From Gnetum montanum (Eukaryota > Plantae > Gnetophyta), in assembly GCA_015680685.1 (NCBI GenBank), contig MNCI01002384.1, forward strand, positions 736,493 to 800,492: a stretch of 64,000 bases of DNA, read 5' to 3'. The position numbers and the translations under genes are program-made. Within the stretch, counting starts at the first letter, position 1. Each line of letters opens with the position of its first letter. The notes under the pieces were generated by a model. It saw only the letters and a program-made list of their open reading frames with translations. It did no database searches and was not told the origin of the DNA. This document shows, in pieces, positions 25,611-38,160 of the stretch.

Positions 25611-27540
25611 ATGGCTCCAAAGCATCAGACTCCATCTTCACCTACTCATCAAGCTCAAGCTTCTACAACTCCTTCAAGTAGCTCCCAACTAGTATCCATA
25701 ATTTTACATCAAAAAAATGTAATTATTTCTTCCAATTTTCTTCATAGTTTTCTTGGAAAGGAGGAATTTCAGTACCTTACAACTTCAAGGTTATCTAAAT
25801 TACTTGTTTTTCGTGCTTTCAAGTTATCATAATGAAAGAGCTTAAGGATGGAATGGTTTGATTAGTATGATAAAAGTAGAAGTTCTACTTTAAAATTAAT
25901 TTTTGGATCAATAATAATTCTTCCTACTAATATTCAGATAGTTTATGGTTTTCACTATAGGGGGATCCCTTAATTCCCTTAGTTCACTCTTCTAAGTTTA
26001 AATCATTTTGTCAAAAATAATTATTCAATTATGTTATTGATTCTATTGTCCACAATAGCCAATTTAGTCATGGAGATTTCATCAATGAAATTCACTTTAA
26101 GTTATGTCAATTTATCCATAGTAAGGTTTTATGGTAACAACACCAATCCTATGTTACTGCATATTCTATCTATATACTTCATGGTGCTATAATTTGTAGA
26201 GCTTATGACTGATTGTTATCCTATTTTAATGCTCTATATAACATCATGAATGGAATTGTTGCTACCTAGCAAAATCCAAAGAAGCCATGTACCATATGTT
26301 GCGTACCTGTGATCATGTGTTTAATCTTAGGTTACGATAATTTGACCTAACATTTTAGTCGTTACAATCCCCATTTATGCCCTAAATTTCTTGAAGAAGA
26401 TAGAATTATAAAGAGTAGGATCGAGGATGCCAAGAAAGGCCTCATGGCTTTGCAGCAAGCTTGAAATCAGGAGGGAAGTGGTGAGGTATATATATATATA
26501 TAGTTTGCATTTGTATTGTTGCTTATGTATTTTTTTTGTATTTGATAGTGCAATCTAGGCTATAGAATGAATTGATTTAAGGTGCACAAGCTGAGAATGT
26601 TCAAGGTACTTCATCCATTCAAGGCACTTCATCCTTTGGAAGGGTTTAGTCTGGAACCCAAGTTACACTTAGTAGCTCCAAGATATATAAATATAAATAT
26701 ATAAATAATAGCCTAGTTTATTATTTTACTTACTCTTCTAATAAATTCCTTTTTCCTCTCTTATTTATTTATTTATTTATCTATTTACAGAGGCAACATA
26801 CTAGGAAAGGTTCTAGTAGCCCAAGACAAAAAAGCCAACAAAAAGGCCAACAAAGAGTCCAACCCCAAGTCCAACAAGATAATAGATAAGATAAGGGAAA
26901 AGAGACAGAGGTAAGTTTTAATTATTTTAAGGTTTGAATACTTTCCTTTTTCTCTTTTTGTATGATGTTGATCCTTTTTGCATTGTAAATGTTTGTGAAG
27001 TGGAGGTTCTATATCCAGGAAATGAGGAGAGATGATACTATAAGCCTCACTACCAAACAAACTTTTACACCTATAGCTTCCACTCCTTTGTCTAGATCAC
27101 CATGTGTGGCATCTACACATGTGATCCCATCTATTTATGTGTCTTAGGGAAGGGGTTCCATACTACAAGTAGTAACAACATTAGTTGCTAGGTCTGTACT
27201 AGTAATTCCTTCAATCTCTATCTTAGGTACCCCTTCCTCCCTTGGACAGATGGTGGTGGCTATATAGGAAGAACTTATTTATTTTTGGTATCTGGATCAA
27301 TAGATCATGAGGAAAATTCCTTACTTTGTTTATAAGGATATCTATCACATTCTAGACTCCTAATCATGTGACTTCAAATAGGATTATGAACGGGTGTAGA
27401 CTAGTGTTCCTTCATTGTTCCATCCAATTCTTGAAGAGGCTCCAAAGGTTGTCCAAAATCTGGAGTAACTTCTAGGAGAGTTGGAGAGTGTGACATGTCT
27501 TTCTTGCCATCTACTAACTTGTGAGTGATACCTTCAAGTG
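25611..27540 (+). pseudogene. Antisense, apparently spliced accessory gene inside the Tekay element (plant-mobile-domain-like)
   Basis: TATAAATA ~25498, ATG 25611, EFQYLTTSRLSKLL, IILPTNIQIVYGFHYRGIP, RAYD*LLSYFNAL; splice-like sites tttacag| at 26790 and gag|gtaagt at 26910. Confidence 0.55.
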
Positions 27541-28056
27541 GAGACTAATTGGCTGCAGATGAGTATCTCTCCTTTTTTTTATCTTCTTATTCATAATTCA
27601 TAATTTCAAATCATATTTTTGTATGTGCAAAGGAAAGAAAAGGAGTGAAAAAAAAAATACTTGGATAATTCATAATCTCAAATCTTATTTCTATGTGTTG
27701 GAGGCCTAGCTGAAAAAGGAGGAGGTAGCAGCTACAGTGAAAAATGCCAGTAAGTGTATGAAGCAATTGTGTGGCAACCTGGCAAGATGCAAAGTAGTGC
27801 TTAGTAAAAAGGATGCCACTAATGAAGAATGGAAAGTGCAACTAAAGATAGTTTTAGATCTTCTTGATGCATTCTAGTAAGATGACTCTCACTATTATGT
27901 TTCTTGTTTTCCCTATTCCTTATATTCCACATCTTCCCCATTCTTGTTTTCTACTTCTTTCCTCATTCTTCCTTCACATATATTCTACCTATACCTTTGT
28001 TATGGTAATAATAAAAATAATATTTTTCTTCCACTTTGGCTCCTAAATCATGGTTT

Positions 28057-28068
28057 GCTCCAATACCA
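28057..28068 (-). other. PBS (tRNA-Met-like, 2 mismatches)
   Basis: Minus TGGTATTGGAGC next to the LTR. Confidence 0.75.
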
Positions 28069-28070
28069 AA

Positions 28071-28591
28071 TGTGACATCTCATTCTCAGACATTGTAAAA
28101 ACACGATTGTTCATCGCTTAATTCATCATATCCATCACATTCGTAAGTAATATAATGAAAATATTGTAAAATACTTTGATAAATAAATGAAGTAATTGTA
28201 AATAAATAACTAGTACATAGAATAGAAAAAAAAACATAAATAAAAAAAATTTTATTAGTAAGAGTGGTTTATTGTAATGCCCTCTAGATTATCTTCCCAT
28301 GCCACTTAGGCCTTAAAGGAAATCTGGCACTACCACCATAGTTAGGCTGTCTAGTCAAAGGGGTGATCAGTCCCTTGTCTCACTTCATCTAGCTCTTGTC
28401 ACTTGCCATCCAAGCTCCACAACTCCATGCTAGCATAAATTCTAAACTTAGCCATAAATGGCCTACGTCAAATCCATTCCCAAGGAATACATGAATAATC
28501 ATAACTCCTCATAACGAGGCACTCCTTTATTTGAAGGTTAATTACATTATTACAATTTTTTTCCACACTTAACAAAGGATAGAACATTACA
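28071..28591 (-). repeat. 5' LTR of Tekay element
   Basis: TGTGACATC...CATTACA, matches 18094-18618. Confidence 0.92.
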
Positions 28592-28596
28592 TTTAC

Positions 28597-29508
28597 CATC
28601 AAGTGAAGATGTCTCCAAGGAAAAGAAGACATCTTGGTAGAATTGAAGGTATCATAGGAGAAGGCATCTCTATAAAATAACAAATGTATTTCTAGATAGA
28701 AAGACATATTTCATGAAAATAAGACATATTTTTAGAATGAAGGTCCATTGCAAAAAGACATCTCAGTCTTAAAAAATACGTCTTTCCAAAATGAAGGTCC
28801 ATTATAGAAAGATGTCTCTAGTGACCATTAGTTAGTTGTTGCATGAATTTTGAGGTAATTTTGGAAACATATTGGTTCTAAGAAGACTTCATTATCATTG
28901 AGAAATGTGCAAGAATTATGTACTCTCATTGTATACATCAAGCAATCATTGTTATTCCCCATTGCACAATCTTTTGTCTATTATAATTGGTCAAAGTGAC
29001 ATGTATCTCAAAGTGCAAGAATTAGCAAACTTAGTTGCATTCTTTATTTATGATTGTTGGTCTCTATTGTTGCCCTATGGGGTTGAGGTGCTTCTTGCTG
29101 AAAAGCATATTGCTTGAGCTTGTTAGGATCCTACAAGATTGAGTGTTGGTGTAGCACCACAACACTTCAAAGTGGATCTCAAGTTCTAAAGGCTGTGGGA
29201 TCCTAGAAACGACATTCTAAGTCTATTGAGACCTTGTAGGGTTGAGTGGATTCGTAGACTTGAATCTCTATTATGGAGCATAGAGCTTGTACAAGGTGTG
29301 GCATCCTTCAAATCACATTTTAAAGAAACAAATTTCAAAGGTGTGCTTGTGAACTACCCTTTGAGTCTAGACTACCCAAGTTGGAAAACCATGTTAATTT
29401 TGGTGTGTGCTTTACTTGAAATATTTTTTTGGGGGTAGCTTATTTATTCCTCCCCCACACCCCACAACACCCCCTCCTCCTCCTCCCTTCTAACTTCAAA
29501 AATCCTTA
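28597..29508 (+). repeat. 3' LTR of Copia B, right part
   Basis: Resumes with catcaagtgaag, collinear with ~12479-13440. Confidence 0.9.
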
Positions 29509-29639
29509 CTTTCTACTATTATGAATATTTTAAATGTTTTTTTATTAGAAAATTCTTTTTCACTTATTAGTGACATGAATTATGAGACAAATTTTGAGCT
29601 TGAAAAATCAAGTATGGTAGCCTCCTCCCCTATATCCTA

Positions 29640-32600
29640 ATGTTAGTTTTATCATGGAATGTTCAAGGTCCTTTCTAATAGGGCTTGAGCAAAGATTATT
29701 AAGTATCTTTCAAACTAGCATTAATCTCTAGATTTCCTTTTATTACAAGAAATTTAGATTTTAAATCATGATATTAATTTGTTAATATATATTTTTAATA
29801 ATTACATTTTTTTGTTGCTAATGAAGTTAATAAATAAGGTGTTTCTATTCTTGTTAATAAATATTGGACTATATAAATTCTATTTTTGATAACCTTCAAA
29901 TAGTTGTTTGGATTATCTATCATAATGAAAAAGGTGACTTTGGACTTTGTAATATATAATCTCCTAATAATTCAAAAGATCGATTAGAGGTTTGGAAATA
30001 TCTTCTATCTTTGCCTATAGTCACTTGGAATACTGGAGGTGATTTTAGTATGGTTGAAAGTAGTTTAGATAAACATGATGGTGTTCTCCTATTATTTCTC
30101 AAGAAAAAGAAGATTTGTGAAATTTCAAAGAAAAATATTTTATTTCTAATGTTAATTCTTTATTCTCTTCTCCTTCAAATGAAAATAATTATATTTAATG
30201 TAATTATTCATAAGGAAATGATAGAATTTATTTTTGACTTGATAGATTTTACATCTCTAATGTTCCTTTTTGGAAGCCTACAAGGAAAGTAGAAGTGCAT
30301 ACAAATGCTACTTTGTTAAATCATTTTTCTATTAGCATTTTTATCTCTGGTATTAATTCTTTATCCTTTCAAAAGCATGAGCTTTTTCAAATTAATGCTA
30401 ATATGTTCATAAACTTCGTGGGAAAAATATTTTTTAATCTCTATGAAATGCAGAAAAAAAAGCCTACTAGTGATATTAACTAGATTGACTAGTGGTAGTC
30501 AACTACTTGTAGAATTAGAAATTTGAAAGAAATTTGCTAAGTATCAAGCTAAAGAAGATATTGTAAAATTTGTAAAGTAAATGAAAATTATTTTACATCA
30601 AAATCCCCTTTAAAAAAAATTCAAAAAGCCTTAACTAAAGCTCATTATGCTAAATAATGTTGGGATGCTTTTGAAGCTAAAAGTACTCTCACTAAAAGTC
30701 ACATTATTTGCTAAAATTTGAAAATAAACCTTTTAAGGAATTTTTAAAATTTCTAAATGGAAATAGTCAAGTACCTAAACTAAAATCACTTTATATAAAT
30801 GATTCTATCATTAAAGATCTTAAGACTATTAATAGTTTTTTTGCAATTTACTTTTTTTCTACTTTTTCTTCTAAAGGTTTTAGTAAGAAATCCTTTCAAG
30901 CCTCTAGTATGCATATTCTTGGTGTAGGGGCATCTCTTCTAATCTCCTTGTTCTACCCTACATGCTATGTGTCTTTTTGAGTTGACTTTTAGGGGATGAT
31001 TCTTGGATGTTTTGGCATGTTTTTGGGTGTTTTGGGATCATTTTGATGAGTTTAGGGGGTTCTAAGGTCTATGGGAACTTGTTGGGAGCCCTGTGAAGGC
31101 TCTTTACATTAAAAAAAGCATTTTTATGTTTTGGCACCTTCAAAAAAGCCATATCTCTAGAAAGATTGACATCTCCCCTAAGACATCTCACCTAAAGTAT
31201 AGACGTATCAAGACTAGAGTAGATGTCTATCAAAAATAATGGATGTCTCTCCTGAAAGCAAGGCTTTCATAGTAGATGTCCCAGTAAAGCTAGAGATAAC
31301 CTAGATACATGGGGAAACTTCCAAAAACACCCATTACAATTCAAGAAATAGACGAAGCAAGATGAAAATGATTGGGGAGAAGGTGAGAAGACTTAGAAAA
31401 CATCTAAAGAACCTCAAGTTGAGTTAAGGAAAGGTTTCTAGGATTCTTATCTTTTGGTTGCTTATAAATATTGATGTAATTCACCATTGTTAGTGCCAAA
31501 GTGCCAAGTGCTATAGTGCCAAGTGCCGCAATGCCAAGGGCCAAAGTGCAAATGCCGAAGGCCAAACATCCCAAAAAAGGGTAAGAGAGAGAGCTCTTAA
31601 GAAAAGAGAGCTTATGTAAGAAGAGAGCTTACGCAAGGAAGGAGAGCTTGTGCAAGAAGAGATTTTATGCAAGGAAGTTGAGTGAAAACCAAGGAGAGCA
31701 CTTGAAAGAGGTTAGGAGAATCTCTTATAAGTGTCTTTTCTTGCACTTTGGCTCCATTATGAGTAATTAAGGATTGAGAGGGGACAAGTGTGGCCTCTAA
31801 GATCCTTGGAAGAGTTATGAGTTCAGCATGGCTCCTCAGCTTTAATGTATTTTCTATGTATTGGAGAAATTTCTTAATATAAGTATTATGTTCTCTATCT
31901 TATTGTGTTGTTCTTAATTTCTAAGCTAAATCTACTTGAAAGTTGTGGATTGGGTCCTATTGGGGTCTATCAAGATGTAACACCTCCTACACCAAATTGA
32001 TATCAGAGCCAAGCTTTAGAGGTTTCCACGCTTCTATGTTGAGGCTTGGTGTTTTCTTTAAATGAAAGGAACATTATTTTGGATATTTTTATATATGATT
32101 TTGGATATCGTTCTTGTTTCTTTAGGTATGGGTCTAAAGAAGAAGACATATCAAGAGCTTAGATAAGAGCTTCAAGACTTTAATAATTCCTTTAAAGCTT
32201 TTGTGGTTGAAATGTAAGAATTTCTTTCCAAAGTAAAGGTCCACAAGCACCAAAATTCTATAGAAACTTCGAAAAGAGATATGAAGAAATTGAAACTAAC
32301 ATGTGAAATATTTTGGGGAAAATTTATAGAATATCTTCTAGCCATCTAGAAGGAAAGGAAGATGAAGGGTTTGATGAAGTAGAGATCAATGAGAAAAGGA
32401 GTTATCAAGTATCTCTTATTAAGTGAACGAGTGCTCAATACTCAAGGTTTTCAAGAAAGGGAACCAAGAGCTTCATCAAGGGGAAAAAGAGATCTTCAAA
32501 GTCCAAGATGGTGTGTGTTGCTAATCAAGGAGAGTTCCTACTTCATAAGTCATGGGAGATGAAGGATCAAAGCCAAAGGAGTGGTAAAGATCAAGGTACT

Positions 32601-35600
32601 TCTTCAAGGAGGATCAAGGGTATCACTAGAAGGTATGATATTCATTCTTTTTGAAATTTTTCTACAATTTGTGGTAAGGAAAAGAAGATTCTAAGTCAAG
32701 TTGAGACTATCTCATGGGAGAGAGGTTAGTCTTCTAGCCATGGTATGTGGAAGAATGATTTCTTTAATGATGTTTTTGATGAATCTGATGTTAAGGAAAT
32801 GGAGGAGAGTTTACCTTTTGAGTTGGTACCTCCAAAGTGGGATGAAGAGCTTGTTGATGATTCCTTTGAAGATGAGAAACCATTAGAACTAGAAATTCCT
32901 ATTTATCTTGAACCTTCAAGCTTTGATGAGATTGAACAACTACATGTTGAAGATCAAGTTGAACCCAACATGGATGGAAGAAGCCATGAAGAGGTAAGTA
33001 AGGATGAGCTTTACCTTGTTGATGGTAGTAATGTCTCTCATGTTGAAGCTAGTGTGATGGATGGTAGTTTTTCACTTTAGCTTAGTAGTGGTTTGTTCAA
33101 TGGTAATGATGAGCATCATTATCATTGTGGTGATTGTGATGGAATTGAGAGTTATGTTGTAGGTTTTGATGTCATTGCTAGTGAGAGGAAGACTAATAAT
33201 GGTAAATTTTTTGATTATTATGGCTATTGGGATAGTCATTGTAAGAAGGTCATCATTGATGTAAGTGAAGACGTTGATAATGATATGATTTTTAAAAATT
33301 TGGAGATGCTTGCTATAGATTATAGCAATGATAAATTTGTGAAGTGTGTTTATGGATTAGAATATCTTGGTTGTAAAATGGAAGTGCATCATGAAGGTAA
33401 TCTACATGGTGGTGATGAAAGGAAGATAAGTAGTAGTCTTCCAAACTCCAAGAAGAGGAAGGTGAAGAAGAGAAGAAAGGATGTTGAATTAAGAAAGCTT
33501 AATACTTTTTCTTATTCTTATTCTTTATTTATTATAGGTTTGAATCATTATGGGGATGCAAGGGAAGAATTTCAAGGAGATACTCAAATAAATAAAGGAT
33601 GGTGGGGCATGAGGACAAGCCCCCGTGAGCAAGGGAAGCTCAAAACCAAAACTTCCAATGATATTTATTCTGATGTTTGTAATGCATTGAGTCATGATTG
33701 TTGTGATGGCCTTGAGCCATGGAGGCATGGAGCCTTCCAACTTGTGAAAGGTCATGTAGCTTTGATGTATTTTCTATGTATTGGAGAAATTTCTTAATAT
33801 AAGTATTATGTTCTCTATTTTATTGTGTTGTTCTTACTTTATAAGCAAAATATTTTTGGAGGTTGTGGGTTGGATCCTATTGGGATCTATCAAGGTGCAA
33901 CCCTTGCACCAATTCTTTATCTTATCACAGAAGTGCATCGAAGTATTGTTGAAGTAAAAATTATAGTGGAACAAATCAAAGTAGCAACCTTTAGTTTAGA
34001 ATATGGTAAAGCTCTAGGTTTTGATGGTTTTCCTAATGGTTTTTTAAAGAATCTTTGGGATATGATTGAAAATTATCTCTTTCGTATTTCCAAGAAGCCA
34101 TTAAAAAAGTTTCTCTTAGTAAAAATATTAATAAAAGTGTGATTCATCTTCTACCTAAAAATGGGAATATTGAACATATTAGTAATTGAAGACCTATTAC
34201 TATTCTTAACAATATTTATAAATTTTTTTTAAAAATGCATGGCTTATTGAATTCAGAAGATTATTAAAGATATCATTAGACCTAAGTAGACTGGTTTTGT
34301 TAAAGGAAGACATATCTTAAATGGTGATATAGCCACTTAGGAGGAAATCTAGTGGGTTTCTAATACCAACCAAGACATTGCTTTTATTAAGTTAGATTAT
34401 GTTAAAACTTATGATAGGATTAAATGGAATTTCATTATTTCTTGTCTTTATAAATGAGGATTTGGTGATTATTTCATTTAACTTATTTTTACCCTACTTA
34501 GTAATGTCAATGCATAAGTTTCTACTAATTTTGGATTAATTTCATCCTTTTCTCTTCAATGGTCCATTCATCAAGGTTGTCCTTTAGCTCCCTATCTTTT
34601 TACTTTTGCTACAAATTTTATTTCACATAATCTACATAGGAATTTTATTAAGGGACTCTTAATTAATAATCAAGGTAAATAATTTCTTAACATGCACTTT
34701 GTAGATGATTCTTTTTCTATGATCAACAATTCTCTACAACATATTAATACTCTATAAGCTACAACAAAGGATTATTGCATATTATCTAGCTCTCGAAATC
34801 AATTAGAAAAACTATGTTGTTTATTATAATGGAAATATTGATTAGTGGGTTGTTCTCAAGCTTTAGAAAATCTTTAAAAAATATTTTGTCTTCAAAATTT
34901 TAGGAATACTTTTTCTTTTTAGCCTAATATTACTATTTTTTGGAATTATGTGGTTGATAAAATTAAAAATAAGCTCGATACATAGAAAAAAAAAGGTTTA
35001 CCCTTACTAGAAAAGTTTTAGTTATTAAGTAAATGCTTTAATAAACTCATGTTTATTACATTAGTTGTTGGAATCTTTTTAAAACTTGTTATAAGATAAT
35101 TGATCGTATTATTCATTAGTTTCTTTGGTCTGCTCAACAACATAAAAAAGATTTTTCTTGAGTTTCTTGGAATATTTGCACTAGTAGCAAGAAAGATGAA
35201 GGACATGTCCTCATTAATTTTTATAACCATGGTATTTTTCTTATAGAAAATGGATTGTAAAGTACAGTAATAGAGATGATGTTTGGAATCCTTTTAAGAA
35301 ATAGACTTATGCAAGGAAAACCTAAGAATGATAACATTTGATCTTCTAATAACTTTCTTCACTATCTCATTTTTTCTTAGGCCATTGCTATTCCTAGTTC
35401 TTCAATTCTTCAACAAATTTGGAAGATATGGTGCAAGCCTAGTAAGTATTAAAATTACATTCATATTACATTTTTGGAAGATATTCTTAAGGTGAATTAT
35501 CCCATGATGACTTCCTTTTAATGAAGAAGCTTTGGCTACTAATGCATCTCGATTATGTACCACTTGGAGCAAATTTGGTATCACTATAGTCCTTGATTTT

Positions 35601-36350
35601 TGTATGTCTAATAGATGGATTACTTGGAATGAAGCTTCTAGCCTCTATGATTTGAATAAAAAGTGGAAATTTTTTTTTGAAAAAATAATTTCTAATCCTG
35701 ATATTTTATTTAAAGTTGACAATCATTTACATTAGGCTATTCCAAATATTTTTTGGAAGGATTATAGACATTTATTTCCTTTTAATTCAAAAGTTTCTTC
35801 TAATATTATTACAAAGAATGATTTTATTCATAAAAAATTCAATAAGACCTAGAAAATGTAATTATCATCATACTTTTGGATGAGGAAAATGAAAGATATT
35901 TAGAGAACTTCTACATTTTTTGAAATTCAATTTTTTATGGTATCTTATTCATCAAGGTCTTCCTAGCATCACTCGTCTTAAACATATGAGAAATATTTCT
36001 CCTTAATGTCCTCTTTGTAGAAGTGAGGACTCATTTTCAATTTTTTTAAGTGCCTTTTTGCTCAACAAGCTTGGAAATGGACATCCATAATTTGTAACAA
36101 CTTTCAACTAAATAGCAATGAAGTTATTCTTGGTGATTAACCTCCTTTGTCTACTTCATCTTCTTGCATTTGGTGTAGTCTTCAACTTCTTGTTCTCAAC
36201 TCTATTTGGAAACTTTTGTGTGCATTTATTTTCTAGCAGCAAGAGCATAACTATGATCACTCTTTAGATGTCAAATATCAACTTCTTAAACTTGTCACTT
36301 TTCAACTATAATGTTAAGCAAAAAAGCTCCTAGTGAAAGTTGAATAATTA
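29640..36350 (+). pseudogene. L1-type LINE ORF2 (AP endonuclease-RT-zf-RVT), interrupted at 30920-33911
   Basis: MLVLSWNVQG, WNTGGDFSMV, KALGFDGFP, RPITILN, LDYVKTYDRIKW, SIHQGCPLAPYLF, HFVDDS, CPLC..FFKCLFAQQAW; end coordinate approximate. Confidence 0.9.
30920..33911 (+). mobile_element. Non-autonomous LTR element (possibly CRM/Gypsy-derived): full 5' LTR, PBS, non-pol ORF remnant, truncated 3' LTR
   Basis: TGGTGTAGG...CCTACACCA LTR 30920-31994; PBS TGATATCAGAGCC at 31998; 33757-33911 repeats the last ~155 bp of the LTR; perfect TSD ATTCT. Confidence 0.85.
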
Positions 36351-36709
36351 ATTTTCTTCTATGTTTTTAGTTTATTTGTGTTTTGAAGGCTCAAGAATGG
36401 AAAGCTTTTAGCTTTTGTTGCTATTTGTTCTTTATCTCTAATTGATGTATTTTTTTCCTTAAATAGAGTTTTCTCCTTCTATTTATAAGAAATCCTTTAG
36501 TAAGAAGTGAAAACCCATGATCACACTTCTAAATAAGGGTAGGGCCTAATCCTTTTCCTTCCCTAGAGGAAAGAATTTTTAGGATTGGTTGTAAGGATGA
36601 AAACCTGAAAAGGCATCCCCAAAACCATTGGACTTTTTCTTTAGACTCTCTATTCAATGATCTAATGTATTATGAATTTTTTTATTATTATTATTATTAT
36701 TTATTTTGG

Positions 36710-38150
36710 GTTCTAACACCTCCACCCCCACCTGTGGCTCCTTCCTCCCTGGCTCCCACATGGACTTCCCTCTTCCCCTTTCTATTCTTAGTTATTTCTA
36801 GACATTAATGTTGTTTTTCTTTATTTTACACTTTTGCAATGTTTACTATTTTCCTAGCTTAATTACTCTTTATGTTTTATTATCATCACTTAAATTTTTC
36901 TCTCATTTACACTTAGAATTTTTATTTTAATTACTTTTTTTTATTCTGCATTAAAAAAATTTGAAAAAACATAGACATCCAAAAACTTAGAAAATTCCAT
37001 AAACATAGAAAGCTATAGAACTATAAAATTATAACTACAAAAAATTACCATAGTCCATAAACAATAAAAATCCTTGTAATATATGTCCATAAAATATCCA
37101 TCATCAAGAAGATTCATAATGTTCCATCTAAAAACAAAAATATAAAAATACTATCGCAACAATCCTCTCACATCTAACATAATCTCTAGACTATTACTCC
37201 TAACTACCTAAAGCTCCATCAGTGATAGGAAAAACCTTTTCCACCACTATTGCATCCTCTCCATCCTTTCCCACCACTAAGTGCATCTATACTTTCTTGA
37301 AATAATAAATAAAAAATGTTAAAATTTATATAAAATTCCATGAAAATACTAACATAAATAAATTAAAAATATAAAAAATAGTTGGAATAAAGGAAATTAA
37401 CAAAAGAAAAAACAAACTAACAAATTTTTTTCCTTACCTATAGCCACATCACTCATGCCTATTTGAAAATCATACACATCAATAAGCTTTTGCATGATCT
37501 TCTCCAAAAAAAGAACTGTGAAATCCAAATCTGCTAGATTCACATCCAGAATGTTTGGTAGGCTAGAATCCTCTATACTATGTTATTTCTCCACCTTGCC
37601 ACTCTTCCCTCTCATCATGGAACCTAAGGTCTGGATCTTCTTTTTCTTCTTCCACATAATTATACACCCCTCAAATACCTCTAAAACATCATCAATCCCT
37701 ATTTTTGCAATCAACAAATCCATCACCTTCATAGATATCCTCTCCTCCTTAAGTTGTTTCATGAGAAACAAGCTTTTCTTCTTATAAAATCACTTGTTTC
37801 TCATGTGTTTTTTTAGTACTCCCATGCTAAGTAACTATCCCTCAAATTACCATTTAAGGTCTCCATGGTCAACAACTTATGTTGCTAAATAGTATGAAAA
37901 ACCAACATGGAGTCTAGGAAATCTCACAATCACCAATACAAGAAAGTTGTAGGATCATGATGGACCATCTTAGTTCCATGTAAATCAAACTCTAAGTTCT
38001 CCACTTATTCATCCAATCTTACTATCTTGAAATTCATCTTCCCATTCTCATTCTAAGTCATTAGTGGCTCCATCTCTATTCCATATTAAGTCATAACAAA
38101 CACCTTCCCCCAATTAATGAAAATCTAGGAATCTATTAAAATATTTATCT
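36710..38150 (-). pseudogene. Degenerate spliced coding remnant, possibly the antisense cassette of the old Tat element at 6002-7620
   Basis: Minus donor ag|gtaagg at ~37437, AT-rich intron-like gaps, weak by-eye peptide similarity to the 45.8-46.6 kb exon. Confidence 0.35.
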
Positions 38151-38160
38151 AGTACTCCTG

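Larger units (their letters stand above)
18094..28591 (-). mobile_element. Ty3/Gypsy chromovirus (Tekay/Del-like), full-length, decayed
   Basis: LTRs 18094-18618 and 28071-28591, TSD TCTAC/TTTAC, PBS, PPT, gag-PR-RT-RH-INT-chromodomain on minus. Confidence 0.9.
12266..29508 (+). mobile_element. SIRE-like Copia B, non-autonomous (gag plus extra ORF, no pol), with a Tekay element nested in its 3' LTR
   Basis: 5' LTR 12266-13440, PBS, gag, extra ORF, PPT, split 3' LTR; TSD CTTTT/CTTTC (4/5) and the LINE resumes after it. Confidence 0.87.

Noticed and set aside
32745-33797. Host gene suggested by the 111-aa and 234-aa ORFs
   Set aside because: Located between the PBS and 3' LTR of a TSD-flanked element; no recognisable domain
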